A stretch of DNA of 62,506 bases, counting the filler. It is 6 parts of 6 records of this genome, joined end to end, with 100 filler letters (N's around TTAATTAATTAA, not from the genome) between each part and the next. Parts side by side here need not be neighbours in the genome. Positions count along the whole stretch, not along the records: positions 45,101 to 53,746 come from SRR31156797_1763; positions 53,847 to 62,506 come from SRR31156797_1776; 4 more parts are not named here. One strand, 5' to 3'. This document shows positions 50,557 to 60,797 of this stretch, piece by piece. The notes beneath the pieces were generated by a model that saw nothing but the letters and a program-made list of their open reading frames with translations, did not search any database and was not told the DNA's origin. Each line of letters opens with the position of its first letter. Position 1 is the stretch's first letter. Position numbers and translations under genes: made by a program.

Positions 50557-51240
50557 TTATTTTTTATAATCAATCAACACTGCATCACTAAAACAGTTTC
50601 TTTCTAATAATATCTCTTTTTCTCCAAAGCTCACATGTATCATAGCTTCATTCAAGCCCTCTACTAAATAACTATTTTCATTTTCAGGTATTCCTATAAT
50701 AAAATTATCAGGAGTAATTATGTTGTTTCTTTTTAATAAATCTTTTGCTTTATTCAAGCTCTCTTCTGTTAAATAAAAATCATCAAAAAAACGCATTTTA
50801 TTAACTTCATACTCTTTCATTATTACTACTAACTCTTCTAAAATCTCATGAAAAAGGTGTATGTGATGATGACCATCTACATGAGATATTTTCAAATTAT
50901 TACTTCTGAACACCTCAAACTGTTCTTTAATATCATTTAAAATTAATTTTTTGTTATTTAATATAATCTCTTTGTAATCAGAAACTATATGCTTCTCATC
51001 TCTCCCCCATAAAGCAAGTTCATCAAATTTGAAGTAATCACTTAGGTCGAGATGAAGACCAAAACTAGCTCTATTTTGATTGAGTTTTGCAAATGAAAGT
51101 GCATCTGCAAAGGCTTCTTTATCTCTTTTGGTTAAAATAGAAGTACTCGTTATTTTCCCTGCTAGAACCAACTCTTTAATAGCATGATTTGTTTCAAGAG
51201 AAAAACCAAAATCATCAGCATTTATTATTAAGTTTTTCAT
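50557..51240 (-). CDS. ChbG/YdjC-family carbohydrate deacetylase
   Basis: LIINADDFG, TSTSI, GLHL, SHVDGHHHIH. Confidence 0.88.
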   Translation of the reverse strand: MKNLIINADDFGFSLETNHAIKELVLAGKITSTSILTKRDKEAFADALSFAKLNQNRASFGLHLDLSDYFKFDELALWGRDEKHIVSDYKEIILNNKKLILNDIKEQFEVFRSNNLKISHVDGHHHIHLFHEILEELVVIMKEYEVNKMRFFDDFYLTEESLNKAKDLLKRNNIITPDNFIIGIPENENSYLVEGLNEAMIHVSFGEKEILLERNCFSDAVLIDYKK

Positions 51241-51241
51241 C

Positions 51242-52000
51242 TTAATCCCTCACAAAGTCATTATACGTAATTAGTTCAGCATCATTAAAGCAGTTTTCAT
51301 TAATTAGTTTTATATATTCTCTAGTACCATCAGCTGCAAATGTAAATGTATGTGTCATAACTTCATTTACTCCGTCAACTAACTCTTGATTTCCATTTAA
51401 TGGAATTCCACAAACGAAATTATCAGGGTAAATAATTCTGTTCTCTTCCAATATTTTTTTTAACTCTATTTCTTGCTCAATATTCTCAGGATACAGATCT
51501 TTGGGAAATCTCATCTTCTTAACGCCATATTTATTCATAATTGGAATTAACTCCTTAAACAAATCCGGAAGCATATGAATATGATTATGACCATCTAAAT
51601 GAGATATTCTCAAATTATAGTTTTCAAATATTTCAAATTGTTCTACAATATCATTTAGAATAGTTTCTTTCTTTTCATTGAAAATCTGAGTCCAAGCATC
51701 CTGCTGCTCCTGTCTTCCACTCCATAAACCATATTCTTCAAATCTAAAATATTTATTTAAGTTAATATGAATACCGAAACTAATTTCATTTTCATGCTCT
51801 TTCGCAAATTTTAATGCATCATCAATTGTAGCTTCATCTAGCTCTTCAGCAGAACCAGTTTTGTCATCAATTTTAACAAGAATTGTTGAACTAGATATTC
51901 TTTTATTCAAAATCAAATCTTTAATTTCTTGATTTATAGTTTTATTCATACCGAAATCATCAGTATTAATTATTACTTTTTTCATTTCAGATCCTTTCAC
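51242..52000 (-). CDS. ChbG/YdjC-family carbohydrate deacetylase (paralog)
   Basis: IINTDDFG, GIHINL, SHLDGHNHIH. Confidence 0.88.
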   Translation of the reverse strand: MKGSEMKKVIINTDDFGMNKTINQEIKDLILNKRISSSTILVKIDDKTGSAEELDEATIDDALKFAKEHENEISFGIHINLNKYFRFEEYGLWSGRQEQQDAWTQIFNEKKETILNDIVEQFEIFENYNLRISHLDGHNHIHMLPDLFKELIPIMNKYGVKKMRFPKDLYPENIEQEIELKKILEENRIIYPDNFVCGIPLNGNQELVDGVNEVMTHTFTFAADGTREYIKLINENCFNDAELITYNDFVRD

Positions 52001-52018
52001 CTCTATAAATAATAAGCT

Positions 52019-52747
52019 TTACAAGCACTTTAATAACCAATCTCTTGCCTCATCCCAACTCAACTTATGTTCCTCAGCACTCATAAAATGATTTGCATCA
52101 GGAAATTCAATACACTTTATCTTATCTTCATGATTTGCATATATTTTTTTCAACTGCTCAACTGATGGTTTTGATTGATCAAATGGAAAAATTTGATCTT
52201 TACCAGCTATTGTCATAAATATAGGTCTTGGAAAAAATTTCTCCAGAGATTTGTGTGGACTATGCTCAAAATCTATAGGATATTTTGGTGTTGAGGCTAT
52301 GACAGCCAGTGCTGACACTCTGCTATCCAGTTGTGCAGCACGAAAGGCTATCATCCCTCCCATTGATTCACCTAATATCCCAATTTTATGATTTGAGAAC
52401 TCTTTTCGACTAATTAAATAATCGATTAAACTGCTAATCTCCTTGGCTGTTTTCTCAACAGAGAATAAGAATTGTTTACTAAAATTATAACTCTCACTTA
52501 AATATAAGTTGGGGCAATCATTTTGATATATCTCATTATAGTTTTCTGGCATTCTAGCTCCGTGATCATAACTATCAGGACAAACTACCAGAAAACCCTC
52601 TTTTGCTAAAAATTCTAATCTATCCATATAGTCTTCTTTTTTTGATCTATATCCATGATAAACTATAACAATTGCTTTATAAGATTGAATACCCTCATTC
52701 GCAATTAAAACAGGGATATTATTAATCATTGTTTTAGTTAATAGCAA
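52019..52747 (-). CDS. alpha/beta hydrolase (esterase)
   Basis: HGY, PD...HG.R, GESMGG nucleophile elbow, G.D, H. Confidence 0.88.
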   Translation of the reverse strand: MLLTKTMINNIPVLIANEGIQSYKAIVIVYHGYRSKKEDYMDRLEFLAKEGFLVVCPDSYDHGARMPENYNEIYQNDCPNLYLSESYNFSKQFLFSVEKTAKEISSLIDYLISRKEFSNHKIGILGESMGGMIAFRAAQLDSRVSALAVIASTPKYPIDFEHSPHKSLEKFFPRPIFMTIAGKDQIFPFDQSKPSVEQLKKIYANHEDKIKCIEFPDANHFMSAEEHKLSWDEARDWLLKCL

Positions 52748-52837
52748 CGTATCTCCACCCTTTTCATAGATTTAGTCAACAAAGAGTCTATTCTATAAGC
52801 AAACGAATCGTCTCTGTTGCAGAATTGTTTATTAAGT

Positions 52838-53641
52838 TTATTTATTAATATTTCCAAATAGTCTTATAGTGTTATTTCGATAAAAATTCTCTAGTTCTTC
52901 AGTTTCTAACTCTTTTTCCAGTAGATCAAACATATTTTTATAAAAATTATATGTATCTTTTTTTTCATCAATTGGAGCATCAGTTCCAAACATTATTTTA
53001 TCACTACCACATAGTCTTATAGCCTTCAATACTTTTTCAGCTTTTACCCATGTAGAGTCACCGTATAAGTTTGGTAATTTCTGAATTAATTCAATTGATT
53101 CTTCATTATCTGTTCCTAATCCAAGATGAACCAAAATAAAATTAACATCAGGGTATTTTAATGCTGCTTCATATACGTGCTTTGGAGAAGATTCATCATC
53201 TTTTGCAGTATGAATTGCAATAGGAAGTTTATTTTCTCTTGCAAACTCTATATATGGAATGCATTTTTCATCTGTTATTTTAATTTGTGAATGATATGGG
53301 TGTAGCTTTAAGGCTCTAAAATATTTTCTGTTTTCTTTAAAAAAATCTACTATTTCACTAGTGAAACCCTCTGTTTTAGGTTTTATCCAAAATTTCCCCA
53401 TAAGTTTATCCGGATTTCTTTTTATTATTTCTCCTAGCTTTTCATTTACTTCAATTTGACTTGGAGCATCCTCTAAAAGCTTTAACTGACTATCATACTC
53501 CATTCCCTCTATATTTGAAAGAATAGCAAAATCAATATCATGTCTATCCACTGTATCTATTATCGCTTTTTCTGTCATATTAAAGTTTTTAATAATTCCA
53601 TAGTGCATATGTGAATCTATTTTTTTCATTTTTCTCCTCAT
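52838..53641 (-). CDS. amidohydrolase family protein
   Basis: IDSHMH, LKLHP, IHT, ILVHLG, MFGTDAP. Confidence 0.9.
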   Translation of the reverse strand: MRRKMKKIDSHMHYGIIKNFNMTEKAIIDTVDRHDIDFAILSNIEGMEYDSQLKLLEDAPSQIEVNEKLGEIIKRNPDKLMGKFWIKPKTEGFTSEIVDFFKENRKYFRALKLHPYHSQIKITDEKCIPYIEFARENKLPIAIHTAKDDESSPKHVYEAALKYPDVNFILVHLGLGTDNEESIELIQKLPNLYGDSTWVKAEKVLKAIRLCGSDKIMFGTDAPIDEKKDTYNFYKNMFDLLEKELETEELENFYRNNTIRLFGNINK

Positions 53642-53699
53642 TTCTCAATTACTTTTCATAATTATAATGGTGTGCGTAAATATTCGCATAATTTTTTTT

Positions 53700-53733
53700 G
53701 CCACAGATGCACACAAATAAACACGGATAAATC
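53700..53733. repeat. short imperfect tandem repeat near contig end (CCACAGATG CACACAAAT AAACACGGAT)
   Basis: Visible CAC(A/G)(G/A)AT periodicity; resembles the reverse complement of the 40175-40201 repeat. Confidence 0.4.
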
Positions 53734-53746
53734 TGATTTTAAATCC

Positions 53747-53846
53747 NNNNNNNNNNNNNNNNNNNNNNNNNNNNNNNNNNNNNNNNNNNNTTAATTAATT
53801 AANNNNNNNNNNNNNNNNNNNNNNNNNNNNNNNNNNNNNNNNNNNN
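53747..53846. other. artificial contig-joining spacer
   Basis: N44-TTAATTAATTAA-N44. Confidence 0.98.
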
Positions 53847-54009
53847 ACCCTCACTGATGATGATCTGGCCGGGGCCTGCAGCAGATTCGAGGCGAGAGGC
53901 TGTATTTACCACATCGCCAATCACGGTATAATCAAGGCGCTTGAGGCTGGCTGAACTGATATTTCCGGAAACCAGCCCGCCGCTGTTGATGACTATGAAG
54001 AGGTTGGAC
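53847..54009 (-). pseudogene. 5'-truncated class III adenylate cyclase fragment
   Basis: [34 protein letters not shown] begins directly after the stop of the upstream gene; the N-terminal half of the domain is absent. Confidence 0.8.
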
Positions 54010-55416
54010 TTATATTGTATTGGAAATTTCAGCAAGTGCTACGAAAATAAAAGAATACAGTGAGCACAGTGAAATTACTGCAATGAGTATATTGAAAATC
54101 CCGCTTCTGCTGAATCTGTCAGATTTGACAAGCCAAAACCCAAAAACCCCTAATATCGAAAAAAGATACCGTCCCTGGGCCTGAAAATCATTTATCCATG
54201 ATGTTAAGGTTGAAATAAAAATAAACCCTCCTGTAAATACCAAAACTGCAAGTAATAGTAATTTCATCTCAACAGTTTGCCTGTACACTCCCTGCAGGAT
54301 CAGATATCCAAATAACAACAGGTAGAGAAAAAACATCAGGGCATAATAAACATCCGGGGAAAAAACATGCATATATCCATACAGGCCAACAAATGAATAA
54401 AACGACTTCACATGCCAGTTCCATTCTTTGCTAAACAAATCGGAATATTTAACGCCCTTGTCCTTAAGTTTGTAACCATAGTATGAAAAATCTTCATCAA
54501 CATTGGATGATTTAAATTCCCTTTGGGCCATCATTTCTTTTTGCTGTTTTATCATTTTCTCTTTTTCCCAGCCATACAGCATTACATCATAAGCAAACCA
54601 GGGCGAAAGCAACAGCAAAACAATTCCGGTGAGGATGAAATACTTTTTGAGCAATTTCACCCTCAATTGCTTTGCAAGGATGAGTTCCCACAGTAAGATA
54701 AAAACAACAAAAACAAGAAAAAGCCAGTAATTCTTCTTTGAATAAAACTGCAAAACAATAAGCAAGGCCATGAAGATTCCCCCCAATATAAAACCAACCC
54801 CCTTTTTGGTGATGAGGAATTTTCGATACCAACTGTTATCGTTTACCAACTGACACACAATAAGCACAGAAACAAACAGTGCCAGGGCATCAGAGTTAAC
54901 ATAGGTAAATACATACCAAATTTGTGGGGAAATCAGCAAGAGCAAGAAAATTGGTTTTACCTTTTTTCCTGATGTAAAAAACAGAACTGCCAGCAGCAAA
55001 AACAGGAAAACATTAAACAATCGTAAGGCCACAACTTCATCCTTGATAAAATTGCCGGTGAGCCGTGCAAATTTTCCAGTGAAAAAATATGACACCTCCA
55101 TCTTTGTGATTCTTGAAATCCCATAAGCAGAAAACGTTCCGGCAATTTCTGGATCGCTAACATGAGGTGGTAAGGAATGTGTTCTATAATATGCTGCAGC
55201 TTTCAGGCTAACACCTTCATCTGGGTGAAAATTTGTATTGCTGCCAGTGGCCATGATTAGCACCATGGCAAAAACAATCAGAAACATGGCGCTAAAAAAC
55301 AAGTTTGAATATTTATCAAACTTCTGAGAATTTATGCTTTTATACGCTGCTTCCATTGTTAACTTATTCATCATAATCAAAAGTAGTATTAATAAATAAA
55401 TTGATTCTGTTGCCAT
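54010..55416 (-). CDS. polytopic membrane protein, GT-C/DUF2142-like glycosyltransferase
   Basis: HPDE after TM1, [24 protein letters not shown]; many TM helices. Confidence 0.6.
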   Translation of the reverse strand: MATESIYLLILLLIMMNKLTMEAAYKSINSQKFDKYSNLFFSAMFLIVFAMVLIMATGSNTNFHPDEGVSLKAAAYYRTHSLPPHVSDPEIAGTFSAYGISRITKMEVSYFFTGKFARLTGNFIKDEVVALRLFNVFLFLLLAVLFFTSGKKVKPIFLLLLISPQIWYVFTYVNSDALALFVSVLIVCQLVNDNSWYRKFLITKKGVGFILGGIFMALLIVLQFYSKKNYWLFLVFVVFILLWELILAKQLRVKLLKKYFILTGIVLLLLSPWFAYDVMLYGWEKEKMIKQQKEMMAQREFKSSNVDEDFSYYGYKLKDKGVKYSDLFSKEWNWHVKSFYSFVGLYGYMHVFSPDVYYALMFFLYLLLFGYLILQGVYRQTVEMKLLLLAVLVFTGGFIFISTLTSWINDFQAQGRYLFSILGVFGFWLVKSDRFSRSGIFNILIAVISLCSLYSFIFVALAEISNTI

Positions 55417-55498
55417 CCTTGAGGGCTAAATCTTTTTATTACTTTTGACTGATCGTTGATTATGCAAAAAGTAAGATTTTTAATACAATCATTCACAA

Positions 55499-56389
55499 AT
55501 GGATACCTCCCATACCAGAAAAATTGATTTTATCGGTTTGGGACCCAACAAATGTGGCAGCACCTGGCTTGCCGACAAACTTCGCTTACATCCTAAAATT
55601 TTTATACCAGCCGAAAAATCAATTCTCTACTTCAACAAATTCTCTCCTTTTAGTGGAAAGCCCAATAAAAATTACAACTTAAGCTATGATTGGTACCATA
55701 ACCAATTTCGCAGAGCAAAAAGAAAGCAGCTAATTGGGGAGATCGGGATGGTATATTTTTACATGGAAAATTGTGCTGAGGATATTTCAAAGTACAATCA
55801 GGACATGAAGTTCTTTCTTGTTTTACGTGATCCTGTTGAACGGTTACTTTCTCAATATACTTTCAGGCAGCAAGTTGGTTTGTCAAAAAAGTCAACGCTG
55901 AAAACTGCCTTGAAGGAAAATCCCAGATTTTTGGAAACAGGGCTATACCACAAACATTTAAGCCGGTTTTACAATTATTTCCCAACTGATCAAATTCAGG
56001 TTTTGTTTTTTCATGATCTGAAAAAAAATGCAGAACTGTTCTATAATGAGGTACTGGACTTTTTGGGTGCAGACACCTTTATCCCGGATTCGTTAAACGA
56101 AAAAAGCAATGTTACTTCAGAATTTCATTCACCGAAGTTAATTTCGCTCATTACAAAGGTTGATGTAATGCTAAGAGAACAACCAAAGCTAAAACCTGTA
56201 AATAACTTTTTGAGATCACCATTTATCCACAAACAGATTAAGAAAATCACAAAATACAATAGAAAATCGTTAAAGAAAAAACCTGAAATTGACCAGGATG
56301 AAATCAAAAAACTAAAAGAATATTACGCAGACGATATAAGCAAACTCGAGAAATTGCTATCAGTGAATTTAACCAACTGGAAAAGCTGA
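55499..56389 (+). CDS. PAPS-dependent sulfotransferase
   Basis: 5'-PSB G..KCGSTWL...L..HP, 3'-PB LRDPVERLLS.Y. Confidence 0.9.
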   Translation: MDTSHTRKIDFIGLGPNKCGSTWLADKLRLHPKIFIPAEKSILYFNKFSPFSGKPNKNYNLSYDWYHNQFRRAKRKQLIGEIGMVYFYMENCAEDISKYNQDMKFFLVLRDPVERLLSQYTFRQQVGLSKKSTLKTALKENPRFLETGLYHKHLSRFYNYFPTDQIQVLFFHDLKKNAELFYNEVLDFLGADTFIPDSLNEKSNVTSEFHSPKLISLITKVDVMLREQPKLKPVNNFLRSPFIHKQIKKITKYNRKSLKKKPEIDQDEIKKLKEYYADDISKLEKLLSVNLTNWKS

Positions 56390-56403
56390 ACTCCAAAACT
56401 ATA

Positions 56404-57501
56404 GTGATAAAAAAAATGAAAATCTGCTTGATCTGCGTGGAAATTTTTGCCTGGAACAAATACGGTGGTTTTGGCAGGGCAACCCGAACCATTGGCCGTG
56501 AACTGGCAAAAAAGGGAATCGATACTTATGCAGTAGTTCCCCGACAAAAAGGCCAAAAACCCTATGAAGTACTGGATGGTATCAAAGTATATAGCTACCC
56601 TAAATCAAATCCATTAGCATCCATTCAATTATTCAAAAAAATCGATCCGGATATTTGCCATTCGGAGGAACCCTCGCTGGCAAGCTATTTTGCACAAACA
56701 GCGCTCCCCCTCAAAAAACATATTATTACTTTCAGGGATACCAGGGACTTTACGGATTGGAAATTCGAATACCGCGACCCATCTCTCAGCAAAATGCAGG
56801 TAATTTCAAACTACCTGTTTGAGAACAATTTTTTGGTGAAAAGTGCCATTAAAAAATCAGACAAACTATTTTGTGCAAGCCATTTTGTGGGAGAGAAAGC
56901 AAAAAAGGAATATGATTTAAGAGTCTTGCCACAACATTTGCCAACACCGGTAAAAATACCTGAGGACGCTCCGAAATCGGAAAAACCAATGGTTTGCTAC
57001 CTGGCGCGTTGGGACAGAAGGAAACGTCCGGAGATTTTTTTTCAGCTTGCCGGTAAGTTTCCTGAAGTGAAATTTGTGGCAATAGGAAAATCGAGGTATA
57101 AAAACTACAATGATTATTTAATTGAGAAATATTCCAAAACCCCTAATTTGCAGATCGAAGGTTTCGTAAACCAGTTTGAATCTGACAAAACCACAGAAAT
57201 CCTCGGAAAAAGCTGGATATTGATAAACACCGCAAGCAGGGAAGGCCTCCCAAATGCATTTATAGAGGCGGCATCGTGCAAATGTGCTGTTCTCAGCCAC
57301 GTAAACCCGGATGGCTTTGCATCGAATTTTGGATACTATGCCGAAGTGGAAGATTTTGAAAAAGGCCTGGCTTACCTTTTAAAAAATAACAACTGGAAAA
57401 ACCATGGTGAAAAAGGTTTTGAATATGTGAATCAAAAATATGAAATGAGTACCGCCATGAATCAACATCTTAAAATTTATGAAGAAATTCTCAGCCGATA
57501 A
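56404..57501 (+). CDS. glycosyltransferase family 4
   Basis: YGGFG, R...RKRPE, EGLPNAFIEA. Confidence 0.9.
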   Translation: MIKKMKICLICVEIFAWNKYGGFGRATRTIGRELAKKGIDTYAVVPRQKGQKPYEVLDGIKVYSYPKSNPLASIQLFKKIDPDICHSEEPSLASYFAQTALPLKKHIITFRDTRDFTDWKFEYRDPSLSKMQVISNYLFENNFLVKSAIKKSDKLFCASHFVGEKAKKEYDLRVLPQHLPTPVKIPEDAPKSEKPMVCYLARWDRRKRPEIFFQLAGKFPEVKFVAIGKSRYKNYNDYLIEKYSKTPNLQIEGFVNQFESDKTTEILGKSWILINTASREGLPNAFIEAASCKCAVLSHVNPDGFASNFGYYAEVEDFEKGLAYLLKNNNWKNHGEKGFEYVNQKYEMSTAMNQHLKIYEEILSR

Positions 57502-58635
57502 ATGAAAATACTGGTTTTAAACTATGAATACCCGCCATTGGGAGGAGGAGGAGGCCCGGTTGCAAAATCCCTGGGCGAAGGATTTGCCGCACTTGGCCAT
57601 GAGGTGCATTATATTACAATGCATTTTGCCGGCTTTCCCCTAAAGGAAGTTATTGGCAACGTAACCATTCACAGGATAAAAGGCATACGCCGCAGAAAGG
57701 AAATTTGCACAACTCCCGAGATGGCATATTTTGTTTTAAAAGCCATTCCCGTTGCCCTTAAACTCACCAGAGAAATAAAATTTGATGTTGTCCATTCGCA
57801 CTTTATCATTCCCACAAGTATCATTGCCCTTTTCCTGAAGTGGTTCAGAAAACTGGATTATATCATAAGTGTGCATGGTTCAGACGTTCCCGGTTATAAC
57901 CCTGACCGCTTTCAGCTTGAGCACAGGTTTACCAAACCATTGTTGAAGATCATTATGAAAAATGCCCTGCACATCGTTGCCTTATCGGGATATTTAAAGC
58001 AATTGATACAGGAAAATATTATCAGGGACTATCCCATAAAAATTATCCCAAACAGCATCGACGTAAAAAAAAATTGGCATTACCCCAAAAAGCAGAATCG
58101 GATACTAATGGCTGGCAGGCTTTTGAAGCGAAAAGGTTTTCAGGATGTTTTGGAAGTGGCAAAAGAGTTGGACTTGAAAGACTGGGCCATAGATATTGCC
58201 GGCGATGGACCTTGCCTGGACACTATGAAGGAACAGGTAAAAATCCTGGGCAACAAAGTAGTATTCCACGGCTGGGTAAAAAATAACTCAACTGAATTAC
58301 AAAATTTGTTTTTACAATCAAAAATTTTCTGTTTGCCTTCATCACACGAAAATGCAAGCATAGCCCTTTTAGAAGCAATGATTACGAAAAATGCCATTAT
58401 CACGGGTTATAATACCGGATGCAAAGAAACGGTTGAAGATTCGGGAATACTGGTTAAACCTCATGATAATAATCAGATAAAGGAGGCTTTATCAAGGCTA
58501 ATCAACCATCCTGAATTAATTGATGAATACGGAAATAAAGCCTATAAGCGGGTTATCGAAAACTTTGACTGGAATGTGAGCATACAAAAATATATCGATT
58601 TGCTTTCAAATAAAAAATCAGAAATAAACAGCTAA
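57502..58635 (+). CDS. glycosyltransferase family 4
   Basis: YEYPPLGGGG, HGSDVPG, GRL..RKG, EN....LLEAM. Confidence 0.92.
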   Translation: MKILVLNYEYPPLGGGGGPVAKSLGEGFAALGHEVHYITMHFAGFPLKEVIGNVTIHRIKGIRRRKEICTTPEMAYFVLKAIPVALKLTREIKFDVVHSHFIIPTSIIALFLKWFRKLDYIISVHGSDVPGYNPDRFQLEHRFTKPLLKIIMKNALHIVALSGYLKQLIQENIIRDYPIKIIPNSIDVKKNWHYPKKQNRILMAGRLLKRKGFQDVLEVAKELDLKDWAIDIAGDGPCLDTMKEQVKILGNKVVFHGWVKNNSTELQNLFLQSKIFCLPSSHENASIALLEAMITKNAIITGYNTGCKETVEDSGILVKPHDNNQIKEALSRLINHPELIDEYGNKAYKRVIENFDWNVSIQKYIDLLSNKKSEINS

Positions 58636-58660
58636 TTGATTTATTGATATTGCATAAACC

Positions 58661-59545
58661 ATGGCAGAAGAAAAAATAGATTTTATTGGCATTGGAGCTG
58701 CAAAAAGTGGAACTACCTGGCTAACCACGGTTTTGAGACAGCACCCCGAAATTTTTCTTTCGAAGGTAAAGGAAATACATTATTTCAATCAATATCGTGG
58801 AATGGATCATTATGAACCAAATAAGAATTATAAAAAGCCTGTCGAATGGTACCATGATTTTTTTAAGGATGCAAAAAGCAATCAGGTAAAAGGAGAATTC
58901 ACGCCCTCCTATTTGAGAAATGAAAACTGCCCGGCGGATATCTACAATTACAACCCCAACGTGAAGCTGATCGCTCTTTTCAGAAACCCCATTGAGCGGA
59001 CAAAATCGCAGTATCTGTTTGGTATCCAGTGGGGGATAATTCCAGCAAAATTTGGTTTTGAGGATGCCATTAAAAAATATCCGGTGCTTTTAACCCACAG
59101 CCTTTATTACCGGCAGATGCACCCTTATTTTAGCTATTTCCCAAAACAAAATGTTAAAGTCCTGATTTATGAAAATATGATAACAAATAAAGACCAACAC
59201 TTAAAAGAAATTTGTCGCTTTCTTGAAATAGATGAAGATTTTAAATTTAACACGGATTATCAAATCAATGAAACCAAAAGCGTGAAATTCTCGAAATTCA
59301 ACTATTTGATCAGAAAAACACATCCATTTTTTAATAGCAGCACAAAATTATACCATCTAAAGCAATTATTGCAAAAAGCAGGTGTTTCGCACCTGGTTGC
59401 CGGTTTAAATGCCGGAAAAAAAATCTCAGTAAAGGATTTTCAGATTAAACCTGAAACAGAAAAATACTTAAGAGATTACTTTGCTGAGGATGTGAACAAA
59501 TTGGAGAAATTATTAATCACCGATCTCTCTATCTGGAAAAAATGA
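58661..59545 (+). CDS. PAPS-dependent sulfotransferase
   Basis: GAAKSGTTWL...L.QHP, KEIHYF, GE.TP.Y, RNPIER..S.Y. Confidence 0.92.
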   Translation: MAEEKIDFIGIGAAKSGTTWLTTVLRQHPEIFLSKVKEIHYFNQYRGMDHYEPNKNYKKPVEWYHDFFKDAKSNQVKGEFTPSYLRNENCPADIYNYNPNVKLIALFRNPIERTKSQYLFGIQWGIIPAKFGFEDAIKKYPVLLTHSLYYRQMHPYFSYFPKQNVKVLIYENMITNKDQHLKEICRFLEIDEDFKFNTDYQINETKSVKFSKFNYLIRKTHPFFNSSTKLYHLKQLLQKAGVSHLVAGLNAGKKISVKDFQIKPETEKYLRDYFAEDVNKLEKLLITDLSIWKK

Positions 59546-59559
59546 GCACAAAGGACATA

Positions 59560-60786
59560 TTAAACCTTCATAATCATTTCCTTTAATGATTTTTTCCCAT
59601 ACCATCGCGTAAAAATTTTCGGGATAAGCCCAAGGCGATGCAGTATAAGCCCCCATTCCATAATGCTGTTTTTGGCTTCCTTCGCCTCCTTTCTCCTTTT
59701 CAATTTATGCAGTTTTTCTTCTGTCATTTCGATGGCTACATCCCGCGGAGAACAATTTGTTTCCTTTGAAATATTATGAATATGCCGCAATCTGGCAAAT
59801 ACCTGTGTTTGAATCAAAGACCGCAAGTGCTTAGTTTCCAACCCAAAATATTGAACCGAATTACCCAACACGCCCCCGCAATTCGTAATAAAATCAGGGA
59901 AATATAGAATATTGTGTTTGAATAAATATGTATCGGCCAATGAAGTAACCGGATCATTTGCACCTGCACACACAATTTTTGCTTTTACCTTTTGTACATT
60001 TTTTGAATGAATAGTTGAATCTGTAGCGCAGGGACAAAGGATATCAACCGGTAGTTCCACAATTTCTTCCCGTTTAATTTTCGTTGCATGTTTATAATTC
60101 AATATCCACTTTTCACCGGAACTTTTCCTGTTCAAATCAATTATTTCCGAAACGTCCAAACCATTCTCATTATAAACTGCACCGTGCATATTTGATATTG
60201 CAACAATTCTGCATCCATCTTCGTGAAACTGCCTCGCCAGCGGAATACCTACCTTCCCGAAGCCCTCAATGGCAATTGGCGAATTTGAGTAGTCAATACC
60301 AGTCAATTCCGCACAAAGTTTCGCACAATGATAAACTGAAACACTCGTGAAAAAACCTGAGTTCTTACTCAGACTTGAAGTCTTCGAAACGCTTTCACCA
60401 ATATGCTTATAAAGATTTCTGACCATTCCGCTGGAAGAACCTACATCCGGCGCAAGTAAATGCTTTTTATCCTTTAAATGTTCTCGGGTTATTTCGCCAA
60501 ACCTGTTTAGCAACAATTGCTTTTTTGCGGCAGGTAGATTATAATCAGCAACAATTCCTGCACGGCCACCACCCCTTGGCAGCCCTACGAAAGCCTGTTT
60601 CAACGACATGGTTTTAGCCAGGTTTTGAAGCTCCTGCTTTGTTAGGTCCGGTTTAATCCTGATGCCACCGCACGACAAACCTTTAATTGACGTATCAATA
60701 ACGAGATAAGCCTTCAGTCCAATTTCTTCGTCAATTACATCCAATATCAGCTCGCTGTTTAAGGTATTGTATATTGCTTCTGTCAT
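59560..60786 (-). CDS. Glu/Leu/Phe/Val dehydrogenase-like protein
   Basis: GGIR, LA..M.LK, APDVG, GFGKVG, DIL.PCA, GAN, PDF..N.GGV. Confidence 0.88.
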   Translation of the reverse strand: MTEAIYNTLNSELILDVIDEEIGLKAYLVIDTSIKGLSCGGIRIKPDLTKQELQNLAKTMSLKQAFVGLPRGGGRAGIVADYNLPAAKKQLLLNRFGEITREHLKDKKHLLAPDVGSSSGMVRNLYKHIGESVSKTSSLSKNSGFFTSVSVYHCAKLCAELTGIDYSNSPIAIEGFGKVGIPLARQFHEDGCRIVAISNMHGAVYNENGLDVSEIIDLNRKSSGEKWILNYKHATKIKREEIVELPVDILCPCATDSTIHSKNVQKVKAKIVCAGANDPVTSLADTYLFKHNILYFPDFITNCGGVLGNSVQYFGLETKHLRSLIQTQVFARLRHIHNISKETNCSPRDVAIEMTEEKLHKLKRRKEAKEAKNSIMEWGLILHRLGLIPKIFTRWYGKKSLKEMIMKV

Positions 60787-60797
60787 CCCAGGATTTA

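Noticed and set aside
38505-54009. Cyclase N-part (contig D) and cyclase C-part (contig F) as halves of one split gene
   Set aside because: Different contigs and composition; the F fragment is bounded upstream by an unrelated gene and pairs with 62389-62506 instead
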